Below, in pieces: positions 26,056 to 39,140 of a stretch of 64,000 bases of DNA (position 1 is the stretch's first letter; every line of letters begins with the position of its first letter). Made by a program: the position numbers and the translations under genes. Location of the stretch: positions 3,100,001 through 3,164,000 of the forward strand of contig NC_087437.1 of assembly GCF_036321535.1 (NCBI RefSeq), in the 5' to 3' direction. The stretch is from Camelus dromedarius. Lineage: Eukaryota. The notes below the pieces were generated by a model. That model was not told the DNA's origin. It was given only the letters and a program-made list of their open reading frames with translations, and made no database searches.

Positions 26056-26899
26056 AGAAGCTCGGGCTTGACCCCTTCCCCTCTGCACAGGCCCGAGTGC
26101 CTTGCACGAATGTACAGCATCACGGTCATCCATGGTGGGATGGCGTACCAGTGGCTCCGTCCAGCCACGAATGGGGCTTGTCCATGGCAGTGTGCAGGGG
26201 TTCGGAAAGGGTTCTGGCCAGGGTCCTGGCCAGGGTCCCAGTCTGGGCTCTGCTGTGTCCGGGAGGTCTGGGGCAACACGCCTCTCCTGCCCATGTCTCC
26301 ATCCCTCACTGTAAAGTAAGCAGGGTCTGTGGTCATAAGACCTCCGCTGGGTATAGAATTCCCTGTGTCTGGAGGAGGCACCCAATGTGGGAAGACTGGG
26401 AGAGACACCGGTCTCCTGTGTACTCAGTACCTGGGAGCATCTCTGTGTAGGGGGTTTATTTGGAGGGTCGTGGTCCTGACCATGTTTTATGATTTCCAGT
26501 CCTGATTTTGTCAGCTTGTTACATTTCCTCTGCCTAGCTGTTGCACAGCTGGTGCTAAACTCCTAGAATATTCTTCCAGTCAGCCTTTGGAGTTTCTCAT
26601 TGAGTTTTTTGTTAGGAGGGATTAAAAATACTACTTTTTAGTTGAATGAGTAATACACAAATACAGTCACATTTTAAAAACCACCCATTTTCGTTCCCAG
26701 TCACTTCTCAAGAGGTTATCCATTTGGTGATGTCTCTTACATATTTAAAAAATCTAAAATCTTAACATAAATGGCATACACAGTGCACACTTTTCGGTAC
26801 CTTCCCTCCTTAACGTTGCTTCAGTTTATCAACATTATAGATGGTCGTGCAGGGAGGACTGGTGGGACGGAGGGTTGCTGTATCACCCATTTCAGGAGA

Positions 26900-27012
26900 T
26901 AGTATTATAGCAGAGTGGTTAAGGGCATGGGCCCTACAACCGGACGACCCAGGTTCGAATCCCTGCTCTGCTGCTTAGTAGCTGTATGATTCAGGGCTGG
27001 TTAACTGCTCTG
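26900..27012 (+). mobile_element. MIR 5' (tRNA-related) head
   Basis: Matches the MIR head; A box tagcagagtgg 26908-26918, B box ggttcgaatcc 26952-26962. Confidence 0.8.
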
Positions 27013-27174
27013 CATGACCAGGGAAGTGCTGTACCTGGGCACGTGTTAGGAATTCAGGAAATCCTGTTGAACAATCTCAGTTTAACCTCAAAATGGCTAT
27101 TCTTTGAAACAACCAGAGTAGCATCCTTTTTAAGGATGAGGGGAAGGGAGTCAGAGTGAGAAAGAAACAAATCC

Positions 27175-27360
27175 TCTTTGAGTATCTGCTACTGGCACAT
27201 GTCAGGTGTCTGGCAGGGTATCCTCCATTTCTTCACTCATTTACCTGCCCCGTGAGACCTCAGTTTATGGATCAAATGACGGAGGCTCAGGGAGATTAAG
27301 TAACTTGTTCAAGTCCCCACAGCTAGCAGGTGTGAATTCAGAGTCAGCGTCTCTGCTTTC
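27175..27360 (-). mobile_element. MIR relic
   Basis: ggaggctcagggagattaagtaacttgttcaagtccccacagctag. Confidence 0.65.
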
Positions 27361-29194
27361 TGATCTGATGAATATTCTCCCAGCAGGAGGCCTTCCATCG
27401 CCACCTGCACTGTCTTGTGGGGGAAGGTGTGCCTTTTTCTGGAGGTGTCATAACCCTGCACCAAGAACCCTTAGAAAGCATTTTTTCAAGAGCAGGCCCT
27501 ATTTTAAGATTTAGTTAAGCTGATGAGAGTTCTGCACCTTAGCCAAAAACTTAACAGTATTTTAAAATCAGAAAAATGGAAATGGTGCATTGTGCAGGCT
27601 GCTGCAGCCGAGGGAGACTCCCGCTGGTAAGGAGATGCCAGTTGTGAATCTTCCTAATGTACACAGTGGAATAAAGCATCTGGACTCCCACGGAAAGATG
27701 GATTTACGGCACCAGATGAAGGACAGGGTTTTCCTCGCTGTCACGCTGATGATTGCCGTAGCCCAGTCCTCCCCTGCCACCATTGTCCTGTGGAACGAAC
27801 AAGCACAGAAACTCAGTGGCCCAGAAATGACTTTTAGCTCAGGTGTCTGTGGGTTGACTGAGAGCCACATGGTTTGGGCTGGGCTCCTTTGCCTTCTTTT
27901 TGGTTGGGAAAGCTCTGTCCTGTGAATTTTTCATCCCCTTGGGACCAGAGGGCTGGCGGGGCCGTGTTCTCTTGTAGCGATGACCAAAGTCTCAAAGAGC
28001 ACGAAACATCACACAAGGCGTCTCAGGGTCTGGGCCCAGAGCTCACACCCTGTCCCTGCTGCTTCATTCTGCGGCCAGAGAAAGTGATGTGGACAAACCC
28101 TAAGTCGAGCGTGGGGAAACCCGCTCCGAACCTCTGGGGGAGGAACTTCAGAATCGCTCGGCAAAGGGCCGGGTTCGGGAGGGTGACAGATTGGGAACAG
28201 TGATGCAGTTTACTGCTGAGGATGTGTGGGTCTGCCCCTCCAACCTCGGGTATACAGCTGAGGCTGGAAGGAGCGGTGTGTGTTTGTTTTCTTTTTTTTT
28301 TCTTTTACTTTTTTGGAATCACCGCCGTCATTCCGCTAGTGAGGCCGTGATGGAAAATGCCTCCTTCAATCCTCCCTTCCCTGTGGGCACAGAGAATGAA
28401 GAGTAATTTAAAAGGAACAGGCTGCTTTAGAGTTTTCAGAACACCTGCATCTTATTTTAGAAGCAATTGACGCTCTTGGCCCCGTTTGTTCTTGGGCAAT
28501 TTGGAGTGATTAAAGAATTTTACATTTCTCAAGTGCTTCTGTGTTCAGATGAGCCACACTGGGGTTGGGTGCAAGTCTTCAGTGCTGGTTTTTTGAGGCA
28601 CTTTTAATTACTAATCACCTAATAAAGTAGCTAAGCTATGAGGCTCCCCGTGTCCCAGTTTGAATTCACGGAAGAACAGATTTAGAAGCCTTCCTGGCGA
28701 ACACCAGCTCCTGGGCTTGGTGTTTCCCTCCTTTCCTTTTTTATTTTTATCAACAAGAAGGCCTCGCCTCTGTCTGTGTTTGTCATTTTTGCTCACATAG
28801 CGTAGGCTTGAAGGAAGTCAGTCTAAAACTGTTGTTCTCTTAAGTGAGAGTATTCTGGGATGGGGACTGGTGGGGTGAAGTGAAGTAGGCAGGGGAGAGT
28901 CAGGGCGTGGATGGGGTAGGAGCCACCACGTAGGATCAGCCACTGGCGCAACTTGCCTCGCGACGTGCAGGTAACTGAGAGATTACGGTGTGGTGCAAAG
29001 GAAGCAAGAACATTTGACTTTTTAAAATGAAGTTGACTTCCAAGGAGGGTGGATTGTACTAAATTACTAGTTCCATCTGTTGTGCAGAACATTGCGTTTG
29101 GAAAGGCAAAAAGGTGGGTGTGGAGATGTAGCTTGACAGTAGGAGCCTGGAAGGGCAGAAGGGCTCTGGATAAAAGAAAACGAAGGAATTCCCA

Positions 29195-29345
29195 AAGACT
29201 TCTCCTCAACGTATCATCCTTGGACCAGCGTGGGCAACACCAGGGAGCTTGTGAGATGTTGAATCTTGGGCCCAACCTGGATCTGTTGGATGAGAATCTA
29301 CATTGGACCAAGACCCCCAGATGATTCCTGTCGGAGCTTGGAGAG
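29195..29345. mobile_element. MER5A-like hAT-Charlie non-autonomous DNA transposon
   Basis: ggaccagc…caccagggagcttgtgaga…gaatcttgggccc…gaatctacatt…caagacccccagatgattc. Confidence 0.65.
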
Positions 29346-31009
29346 GTGCATGAGGACAGCCAGGGTGGGGAGGGTTAGGAGTAAAGATGGAAGGAGGAAA
29401 GAGAGACAAGAGGGAGATGGTTTGGGCTGAGGAGGGGATGCTGCCGGTGAGAAGTCATCGGCAGTGGGCGGGCCAGAACGTTTAAGGAAAGAACTGGCTA
29501 ATGTCCAACTTTAGTAGTTTGCTTTTCTGTACTGTAAATCCCTCATCTGTATCCTCCCTACCCTTTATCAAGTCTGTTCTGTGTATCATCATGGCTGGCA
29601 GTGGAGTCTGCTTTCCGCTTCAGCGTGTGTGTGCCAATCCCAGGACTGTCTGAGTTTTCCCCCTGGGTCTGGGTGGGAAGGACTAGAGACAGCAGGTGCT
29701 ACCAGGCAAGGTGACTCAGTACCTGAACGGATCTGTTGGAATTGGGAATCTGGGACAAGAGACCACCAAGGAGATGTTGATATGATGAGACTGTTGTAGA
29801 ACTTCATATGTTTTCCCCTTTTGCATTTGCTTGCGACCTCCACATTCAACTAGCGGAAGCCTTTGCCTCAAGGAATGTTGGGCTTATTACAGCCACAAAG
29901 CCTTCCAGGAGAGTCGGTGTGCAGCTTCTGATTGTCTTGAAGACTGCAAGGTTTCCCAATTTACAGAAGCTCACCTTTAAGTATCAGGACTCAGACTGCC
30001 CTGGCTCTAGTCATAGATGTTTGTTGACTGAGGGGAAGGTGCCGTGTGACAAGGAGTGGACACAGAAGTCCTCTGCAGGCTGAGGAAGGGGAGGTTTAGA
30101 TGTGGCATCTCCCGTGGGGATGCTGCCCTCCACAGGAATCCAGTTTCTCCACTGCACTGGCTGTGCTGTGGGAATTAAGAAGGAAGAAGCTCCAGTTAGG
30201 TTGAAGAGGGAGCCAAAGGGAAGAGGGCTTCTACCTGCTCCCTCTTTGTGACTCGGGGAAGGACACGGCAGTGATGCCTCCTGGTGACTATGGTAACTGC
30301 AGTGGGATTGCCATACGTAGACTGAGGGCTCGACACCATTTCCCACAACCCCCCCCCCCCACCCCGCTGTTCCTGTAGCACGTGGATAATGAGGAGAGAA
30401 CTTGACCTCTGTGCTCTGGCCAAAGTGACCCCATGGCCAAGGGCTGCAAGGATGACCAGCCAAGCTGGTAATTAAGTTGGAGTCATGCGCAGAGCTCAGG
30501 ATTCGCCAGCCCCACAGGAGCTGATGGGGGCGGGAGGAGAACCTGGCCCTCGACTGCAGGCAACCGGTTGTCGACAGCAGTGGTTACATGAGGACAGAGC
30601 CACTGCCGAAATCCTGGGTGGGGTGGGTCTCTTGAGCCTTGAGTTTATTAGGGACCATGAGGGTAGAGAGCAAGGACCAGATGGCCCTCCCCTGCTGCCG
30701 GGAAGATGTGTGCACCCCCTGCTCCCAGACAGGCTTGTAAAAAGGTTGGAGGGGTGAGGAGACCCTTTCGGAAAAGAGAGAAACACCCTTGATGGGGAAT
30801 TTGATGCTTGAATGGACAGAGTACTTACCCAAAGGGGTGGAAATAACTAGAAAGCATACTTTAATGTGAAGTGTTACTTTTAATGGGTAAGTGCATGTTT
30901 TCTTCCAAACTGAGAAAAAGATGAGGTGAATTAATAGAAAATAAAGGAATCTACATTTTTGTCATCTGACTTACTGAGTTAAATCTCCTTCCTGCCTATT
31001 CACCCCAAA

Positions 31010-31046
31010 ACACACACGCATGCGCGCACACACACACACATGTGCA
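31010..31046 (+). repeat. (CA)n/(CG)n microsatellite
   Basis: Direct reading. Confidence 0.8.
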
Positions 31047-31149
31047 CGTTCCTGAGAATTAAAAAAAGTATGGAGGCTTATATGAAGTTGGAGCCCTCAG
31101 TCTTTTGGGGCACTGAGACCCCAGCTGATACCTGAGTGACAGTAGGTGT

Positions 31150-31350
31150 CAAGTATTTGACTGTCTTTTATGTGTCAGGCATTGTGAGTAACACCGCAGA
31201 AATAGCAGTTAGAGAAAAGCTTGTGATTTAGGTGGTGGTATTCCAGTTTACAGATGGGACACCAGAAGCTCAGAAAGGCTGGCTTACAGGTGACTTGCCC
31301 AAGGTAACATGGCCAGTAAGTGACCACATGGGGACTCCAGCCCAGACTTA
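31150..31350 (-). mobile_element. MIR relic
   Basis: ttttacagatg…gctcagaaagg…tgacttgcccaaggtaacatggccagtaagtg. Confidence 0.65.
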
Positions 31351-33858
31351 ATTACAAGGTTTTTGTAACCTCATACTCTGTATCTGATGCTCTCCCAAGA
31401 TGCGTGCTCGCGTTGGAAGGCCCTTCCCTGTTCCATCCTCCTGTCTGGGTCCTGCATGACTAGTTTCCCTTCCTTGCTTGCTCCCTTTGTAGCTGCCTGG
31501 TGACTGTGTCTCTCCAGGCATTGGCCCGTCTGCTCTTTGCTGTCATATGTGCTCCACTGTGCTGAGCCCTGTGGTCAGACTGGGCCTTTTTCTGTGGTCC
31601 TTGGCCCTCGCAGTGGAGAGACGCATGTGTTCCCGGTGTCTGTGCAGATCACCCCAGAGACACACAGCGCGGCCTAGTGTCTATGAAGGTTGGATGGCTG
31701 TGGCCTCCTGTTTACTCTCTGGAAGATGACACTGGTGCCTCTGCCGGGGAGCCACCCTCGTGTCAGCAGATGTGGGCTCTGGTGATATGTGGTGCTTGGT
31801 AAGGCATGTCCTGTCTAAGTGCCAGGACTCCCAAGTCCCTGCTGGACTGCTGTTCCTGTCTGTGTGACAGAGGTGGCCTGGCAGGTTCTGCTGTTGCAGA
31901 AAAGCTGTAGAACTTGCCCTCTTGTTGGGTCACTTATTCCCTGAATGTACTTCCTCCCCACCCCACTTCTCTTGCCCAGAAACTCACAGAGGATTAAAAT
32001 CTGAGAGTTCAGTGACTGAGTGATTCAGTAATTACATACAGTTATAGCCTAGAGCGATGAGACCTGGGAGAATTTGAAAATGCTGCTTCCTCAGCCTATG
32101 GAATCAGAAGTTTTAAGAAGAGATAAATGAAGAGCTGACTCTGTTGTGGTTGTTTTTTCTCTCATAATCTCTTAATTTTTAGGAAGCTGATCTACAAAGC
32201 AGTCCTGGACCACTGTTTTGTAGAGTCACACTGGGGTCTGCATTTTAATTCTTCATGAGTTACCCTTACTCACTGTTCATGTTTCTCTCAAATTAGCAGC
32301 AGACAACACATCCAATGCCTGATGTATGTGAATGTGCAGCTTTGGGAGAGGATGCTGAGAGGGGGTGGCCCTGCCTGCAGACCCAGAAGATGTACATACA
32401 GGACACACAGAACAGACTGGCCGTAGGACAGGGGTGAGCGTGGAAATGCAAACACAGTGCTGGTTATACCCACTGTGACTCGGCCAAGAGAGCCAAGATG
32501 CATAGACACCTGTATACTGCTGGAACTAGGCATTCCACTTTTGGGGCTCTTTCTCAAAGAAATAATGAAAAATGCAGACAATAACTGTACTGATTATATA
32601 GTTGTGAGATCTATTCATGCCTCTAAAACTTTATAGAGCTTACCTGTAAGACCATAAAGGCCTAGCATGCTTTAGGGGGCAAGACTTCAAGAACTTTTCC
32701 AGTTTCTTTCATGGTTATTAGATAATTTCAGTTGTCTGCTTTTCCTTGTGTCAGCTCTGGTGCTTCGTATATTCTCACCAACAGTCCATCTCATCAGACT
32801 TGTCACATTCTTTTATACCGTCTTAAGTCTCCTCTATATTTGTGGTGATAGAATTTCCCCCAACATTTTATCATGAAATTTTTCAAACACTCAGAAATGT
32901 TGGAAAGGTTTAAGTGAGCACCCATATCTCACCGCTGAGATCCTGCCGCTAACATTTTACTGTATTTACTTTATCACATTTCTGTCCATCAGCCCATCTT
33001 TTTCTTTTTTAAAATGAACTTCCAAGTAAAGTGCAGATCTGGTGATAGTCTTTAAAAATTAAACAAAAATTTTTAAATCTCTTTAAGCATTGTCATAATC
33101 TTAATATTATTGGCTGACGTATGTGAGGGTCATGGTGGGAAAGAGATGGCACATGAAGTGGGCAGTGTGAGGACCGTTCCCGGAGGTGGGACTGGTACAG
33201 GGCCTGGGGCAGCGGGGCACTAGCGCCTGAGGGCAGGTGAAGAGAGCTGTCTCTGGAACTGGAACCTGAGCTGTGCGGAGGGGCAGCTGGACAGGAGAGA
33301 TGCAGGGAGGGGCCTCGCCCCCTCTATTCCACCTTCCTTTTTCCATTGGCCAAACCCAGGCAGAAGTCAGAGGGCAAGGTTAGCCTTGAGTGCAGAGAGC
33401 AGGGTGGAGGGGGCAGAGAGGGCATTGGGAGGTGAGAATGGAAGCATTTGGACCATCTAAGTCGCATATACTTTAAGTGGAACATGACATGTTCAACAAT
33501 AACCTAGATTTTGAAAACTTTAGTGTAGCTCAGGTGGGTATATATCCTTGGAAGGTGTCCAGGAAATGTCAGTTAAATTAATAGCAGAGTAGTGAAAAGC
33601 TTCATTTAAGGTGATTAAAGCCTGGAAAACCCATCAGTATGGTAGCAGCAAGGCTTCAGGGTGGTGGAGGTGGCGGTGAGGGAAGGAGAGAGCAGGGAAG
33701 CCAGGTACTTGGTGGAGAATGAGACAGGCTTTTGCTTCCAGTGGCTCCCCTAACTCACAAAATGCTCCCAGCTGTGCACATCTGTTTGGCTGCTGCCTCA
33801 CTTGGCCAGGCCTGCAGGCTGCACAGCTAATGAGTTTAATCCGAAAGCATTAAGGCCC

Positions 33859-34277
33859 TTTCTTTCTTTCTTTCTTTTGATTGAAGTATAGTCAGTTACA
33901 ATGTGTCAATTTCTGGTATACAGCACAATGTCCCAGTCATGCATATATATACGTATATTCATTTTCATATTCTTTTTCTTTAAAGATTATTACAAGATAT
34001 TGAATATAGTTCCCTGTGCTATACAGAAGAAATTTGTTTTTTAATCTATTTTTATATATAGTTTTGCTAACATTTGCAAATCTCAAACTCCCAAATTTAT
34101 GCCTTCCCACCCCTTTCCCCCCGCTAACCATAAGATTGTTTACTATGTCTGTGAGTCTGTTTCTGTTTTGCAGATGAGTTCATTAGTGTCCTCTCTTTTC
34201 TTTTCTTTTTTCTGTTTTTTTTTTAGATTCCACATATGTGTGATATACAGTATTTTTCTTTCTCTTTCTGGCTTACT
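33859..34277 (-). mobile_element. Lineage-specific L1 3'UTR
   Basis: (TTTC)n tail then attgaagtatagtcagttacaatgtgtcaatttctgg. Confidence 0.92.
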
Positions 34278-34925
34278 CAAAGGCATCTTCTAAAGGAGGC
34301 GTTCATGCGGTTGTGTCTTCCTCTGGATTTGGCGTCTTCATGCATTGCACAGGGGTGTAGGCAGGGGCAGTTACAGGCACCATGGGGAGCACGGGCAGGA
34401 AGGGCCGCCCATCCGTAAGGGGCTTCTCATCTGCCAGTGAATTATAAGGGGTCATAACTGATCTCCTCCTTGCAGGGGTTGTTGAGAGGTGTCTGTACGT
34501 GGGCTGATACCACTGTGTGCCCACAGCTTCACTGATCTCTGCCTCTCCTTAACGCTGCAGGTCAGGAAGGGGGCTAAGAGACAGAGCACAGGCCCCCCAG
34601 TGAAGGCCAACACACACTTCACATCTGTCTCAGCTGCCCAGCTGCCCCACCTCCTCCTGTATTTGGGAATCTCTATCTCAGGAGCTTTGGGAGGGGACAC
34701 AACCTCCTCCCTCCTAGGAAGCCTCAGGCTCGGTAAAATGGCCATGAGACACGAGGGACCAGGAGTCTATCTCTCTGGTGGCTGGGGCGTAGGGGCAGAG
34801 TTTCTTTACCAAAACTGGTTCAAAAGGGAGGTCTTAGTCATATTTCCTGGCTGCTTAGCCTCAGGGTTGGTTTTCAAGCTTTCCCAGACACTGTGGACAA
34901 CCCTCAAACCTTTTCAACACAACAT

Positions 34926-35072
34926 CTTTCCTTTCTTCCTGCCTGCCTGCCTGCCTGCCTTCCTTCCTTCCTTCCTTCCTTCCTTCCTTCCTTCCTTCCT
35001 TCCTTCTTTCCTTCCTTCCTTCTTTCCTTCCTTCCTTCCTTCCTCCCCCCTCTCTTTTTCTCTCTTTTTTCC
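34926..35072 (+). repeat. Compound (CCTG)n(CCTT)n pyrimidine-rich microsatellite
   Basis: Direct reading. Confidence 0.95.
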
Positions 35073-35149
35073 TTGTAGTTAAGAGCCCTGACTGATACAT
35101 AAATTCATGCTTCAGATATTATCATCACACCCCAGTGGACACATGTGCA

Positions 35150-35720
35150 CAGACTATGGACAGAATTCCTGAAGCAGACTCTTAAATATCTAATAACACA
35201 TGAAAATGTCCTACTCTATTAATAATCAAGTAAGTGTGAGTATAAAATAAGATACCATTTTTCAATTATTATGATTCCTTAGGTTTTTAAAAATGATAAC
35301 ATTGTTGATGGTGCAGTGGGGAGGTATTCTAAACCCCTTACAGTTGCCTGTGGAAATAGGATCTAATGATTATGTATACCTCATGTATACAGGAGGTTGC
35401 TTCTCATGGTGTTTATAATAGTGGAAATATGAAAATGATGAAAACAGTGTATATGTACAACAATAGGAAGTGATTACATAAATTATGTTGATACAATTCA
35501 GTAGTGTCCAGTTATGAACAATGAGATTTTCAAGCAATATTTAATGACATAGACTATGAAATAACACTGTTCAAAAAGAAGGATAATTAGATGTAAGGGT
35601 AGTATGACCCCATATCTTTTAAAATGATGAAAGAATATATGTTTTCATATACACAAAATTACTGGAAAAATTCCCTGGAAGATACATACTGTTTCTCTCT
35701 AGGTTATGAGCAAATGGGAA
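35150..35720 (+). mobile_element. Ancient L1ME-like fragment
   Basis: Diverged ORF2 C-terminal and 3'UTR text (aaacccc…, tttataatagtggaaa, caacaataggaa). Confidence 0.5.
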
Positions 35721-35863
35721 GTTTTGACTTTTTCCCTTTATTCTTGTTGGTATATTCAAAGTAGTCTTCAAAATCAAGTGAGAAAAAGTTTTTAAATCCA
35801 TGGTTACCATTTTCTCCCTTACAACTTGTTTAATAGCCCATCTGCTGAACTTAACATCTGTTT

Positions 35864-38098
35864 CTTCTATTAATTGAAATATAGTTAATTTATAATGTTG
35901 TGTTAGTTTCAGGTGTACAACTAAGTGATTCAGATATATGTATTTATTCTTTTTCAGGTTCTGTTCCATTATAAGTTATTACAGGATACTAAATATAGTT
36001 TCCTGTGCTATTTTATAAAGTAGGTCCTTGTTGTTAATATATTATATATATAGTAGTATATATTTATTAATTCTAAATCCTAATTTATCCCTCCCTGCCT
36101 TTGGTAATCATCAGTTTGTTTTCTATGTCTGTGAGTCTGTTTCTGTTTTGTAAATAAGTTCATTTGTCTCATTTTTTTAGATTCCACATATGTGTGATAT
36201 CATATGGTATTTTTCTTTCTCTTTCTGGCTTACTTCACTTAGTATGACAGTCTCCAGTTCCATCCATGTTGCTGCAAATGGCATTATTCCATTATTTTTA
36301 ATGACTGAGTAGTATTCCATTGTAGAAATACACCACAGCTTCTTTATCCAGTCAGCTGTTGATGGACGTTTAGGTTGTTTCCATGTCTTGGCTATTGTAA
36401 ATAGTGCTGCTGTGAACTTTGGGGTGTGTGTATCTTTTCAAATTAGAGTTCCCTCTGGATATATGCCCAGGAGTGGAATTTCTGGACCCTAGGGTAAGTC
36501 TATTTTTAAAGAATCTCCACACTTTTTTTCCATAGTGGCTGCACCAAACTACATTCCCACCAACAGTGTAGGAGAGTTCCCTTTTCTCCACACCCACTCC
36601 ATCATTTATTGTTTGTGGACTTTTGAATATGGCCATTCTGACTGATGTGAGATGATACTTCACTGTAGTTTTGATTTGTATTTGTCTAATAGTTAATGAT
36701 ATTGAGCATTTTTTCGTGTGTCTGTTGGCCATTTGAATGTCTTCATTAGAGAAATGTTTGTTTAGGTCTTCTGCTCATTTTTGGATTGGTTTTTTTTTTT
36801 CTGTTATTGAGTTGTATGAGCTCTTTGGATATTCTGGAAATTAATCCCTGTCAGTCACATCATTTGCAAATATTTTCTCTCATTCTGTACATTTTTGTTT
36901 TGTTTATAGTTTCCTTTGCTGTGCAAAAGCTTGTAAGTTTAATTAGATCCTATTTGTTTATTCTTGCTTTTATTCCCTCCCTCCCTGTTGAATATTAATT
37001 GACCATAGGTGTATGGGTTTATTTCTGGACCCTCTATGCTGTTCCATTGATCCATATGTCTGGTTTGTGCTGATGCCACACTGTTTTGATGACTGTAGCT
37101 TTGTTGTATTGTCTGAAGCCCACAAGTGTTACGCCTCTGGTTTTGTTCTTTTTCCTCAGTATTACTTTGGAAATTCTGGACCTTTTGTGGTTGCATATAA
37201 GTTTTAGGATTATTTGTTCTACCTCTGTATATACAAATGTATACCTTGAAGAATATCCTGGATAATTTGATAGGGACTGCATTATATCTGTAGATTGCTT
37301 TGGATAGTACAGCCATCTTAACAATATTAATTCTTCCAATCCAAGAGCATGGGATAGTTTTCCATTTCTTTTAATCCTCTTCAATTTCCTTTATCAGTGT
37401 TTTATAATTCTTAGTGTATAAGTCTTTCACCTCTTTGGTAAGGTTTATTCCTAGGTATTTTTTTGACACAATTTTAAAAGGCATTGGTTTTTTTACTTTC
37501 CTTTTCTGATATTTCATTGTTAGTGTAAAGGAATACAACCGATTTCTGTATGTTAATCTTATATCCTGCTACCTTGCTGAATTCCTTTATCAGTACTAAT
37601 AGTTTTTGTGTGGAGTCTTTAGTGGTTTCTATGTAGAGTATCATGTATCTGCATATAATGACAATTTTTACTTCTTTGCTTCCAATTTGAATTTGGAAAT
37701 TCCTTCCAAGAAGAAACCCTTTTATTTCTTTTTCTTACCTGATTGCTGTGGCTAGGACTTCCACTGCTATTTGAATAAACGTGGTTAAGAGTGGACATCT
37801 TTGTCTTGTTCCAGATTTTAGTGGGAAAATTTTCAGCTTTTCACTATTGAGTATCGTATTGGCTATGAGTTTGTTATAAATAGCCTTTATTACATTAAGG
37901 TATGTTTCCAGTATACCCACTTCGGTGAGAGTTTTTATCATGAATAGATGTTGAATTTTATCAAATGCTTTTTCTGCATCTATTGAGATGATCATAGATC
38001 AGGATTCTGACTTTTCTGTTGTTGATGTGGTGTGTCTCCTTGATTGATTTGCATATGTTGAATCATTCTTGTGACCCCGGGATAAATCCAACTTGATC
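35864..38098 (-). mobile_element. 2.2-kb 5'-truncated L1 including RT-domain remnant
   Basis: ORF 37735-37995 [16 protein letters not shown]…SGTRQ.CPL is L1 RT; catalytic YADD-type motif frameshifted near 37640-37660; flanked by a 33-bp direct repeat. Confidence 0.95.
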
Positions 38099-38826
38099 TA
38101 ATAGCCCTTCTGCTTTAGTTAACATCTGTTTTCTCTCTCCGTTTGATTTTTTTGGTGCACTATTGAAATAGTGGATTTTTTAAACTTTCAGGTCTCCAAA
38201 GTGGATGTATAATATCTATATTTCTGTGCTGGCTCATAACACTCAGTGTACCCACCTGGACAAACAACAGTGTGTGGGGTTTGAGTGAAATCCTATTGCT
38301 CTGGTATTTAACGCAATTAACAGTAGCTTTGAATTCAATCTCTGCTGATCTATGATTCTCTTCCAGTTCTGTCTTGAGTCAGAAAATAGTCAGATTTACT
38401 CTCTGAATATACAGGGTCAGCAGTACATTCAGTTGTACTTAATCCCATATGTCCAGAATTGCAAAAAAATGAATCATTAAGAAGATTAGTTTTTTGGAAC
38501 TAGTAATACTAATTATGACTAATGATGAAATACATGGAATTTGCTTCTTACTTGGAGGAGAGGTAGAGGTGCAGGGCATATATGTAAAACTTACATCAGA
38601 CAGAACTAACACTGAGTGAAAATAGCAGTGATGACCAAAACCAAGCCCAGGTGGGCACCTGAACCCAGACACAGCCATTGGGGACGGGGGGGGGGGGGGA
38701 TGAGACAGAACCCTCAGGGTACCAGTGTCCAGAACAGGAATGGCAGGAGCACACCTGTGAGGGGCAGGTGACTGGATGATATCACACCTGACAGGGAACA
38801 CGGTACCAAATTAAGAGTCTGGGAGG

Positions 38827-39140
38827 TGTAGCAAGATTGTGCCTTCCAACGATGACTGCAAAAATATGCCCCTTCCTCATGCTCTTGCTATAATCAGACT
38901 TTGACTTCCCTCCCTTCAGGGTGTGGGATCTGCACAGACTTGTGACTGAGGTGAATATGATGCATATCTCAGTCTGGAACATGGAAGGAAATACCACTTC
39001 TGCTTGGTTTGGGGGTGATGCTTCTTCCTGAAACCCAGCCATCATGCTGTGAGGAACTCAGAGAGTCCATGAGCATGTTATAGAATAGTGGCTTTACACC
39101 ACTAAGTTCGGGATGTTTGTTACACAGCATAGTAACTGGA
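38827..39140 (+). mobile_element. MaLR (MLT1-like) LTR relic
   Basis: cagccatcatgctgtgagga…ccactaagtt…gtttgttacacagca…taact. Confidence 0.6.

Noticed and set aside
34489..35082. 197-aa ORF
   Set aside because: Length is inflated by the stop-free (CCTT)n repeat; no recognisable domain
37735..37995. Reverse transcriptase ORF as a possible novel RT system
   Set aside because: Ordinary L1 ORF2 remnant: frameshifted, 5'-truncated and with a broken catalytic motif
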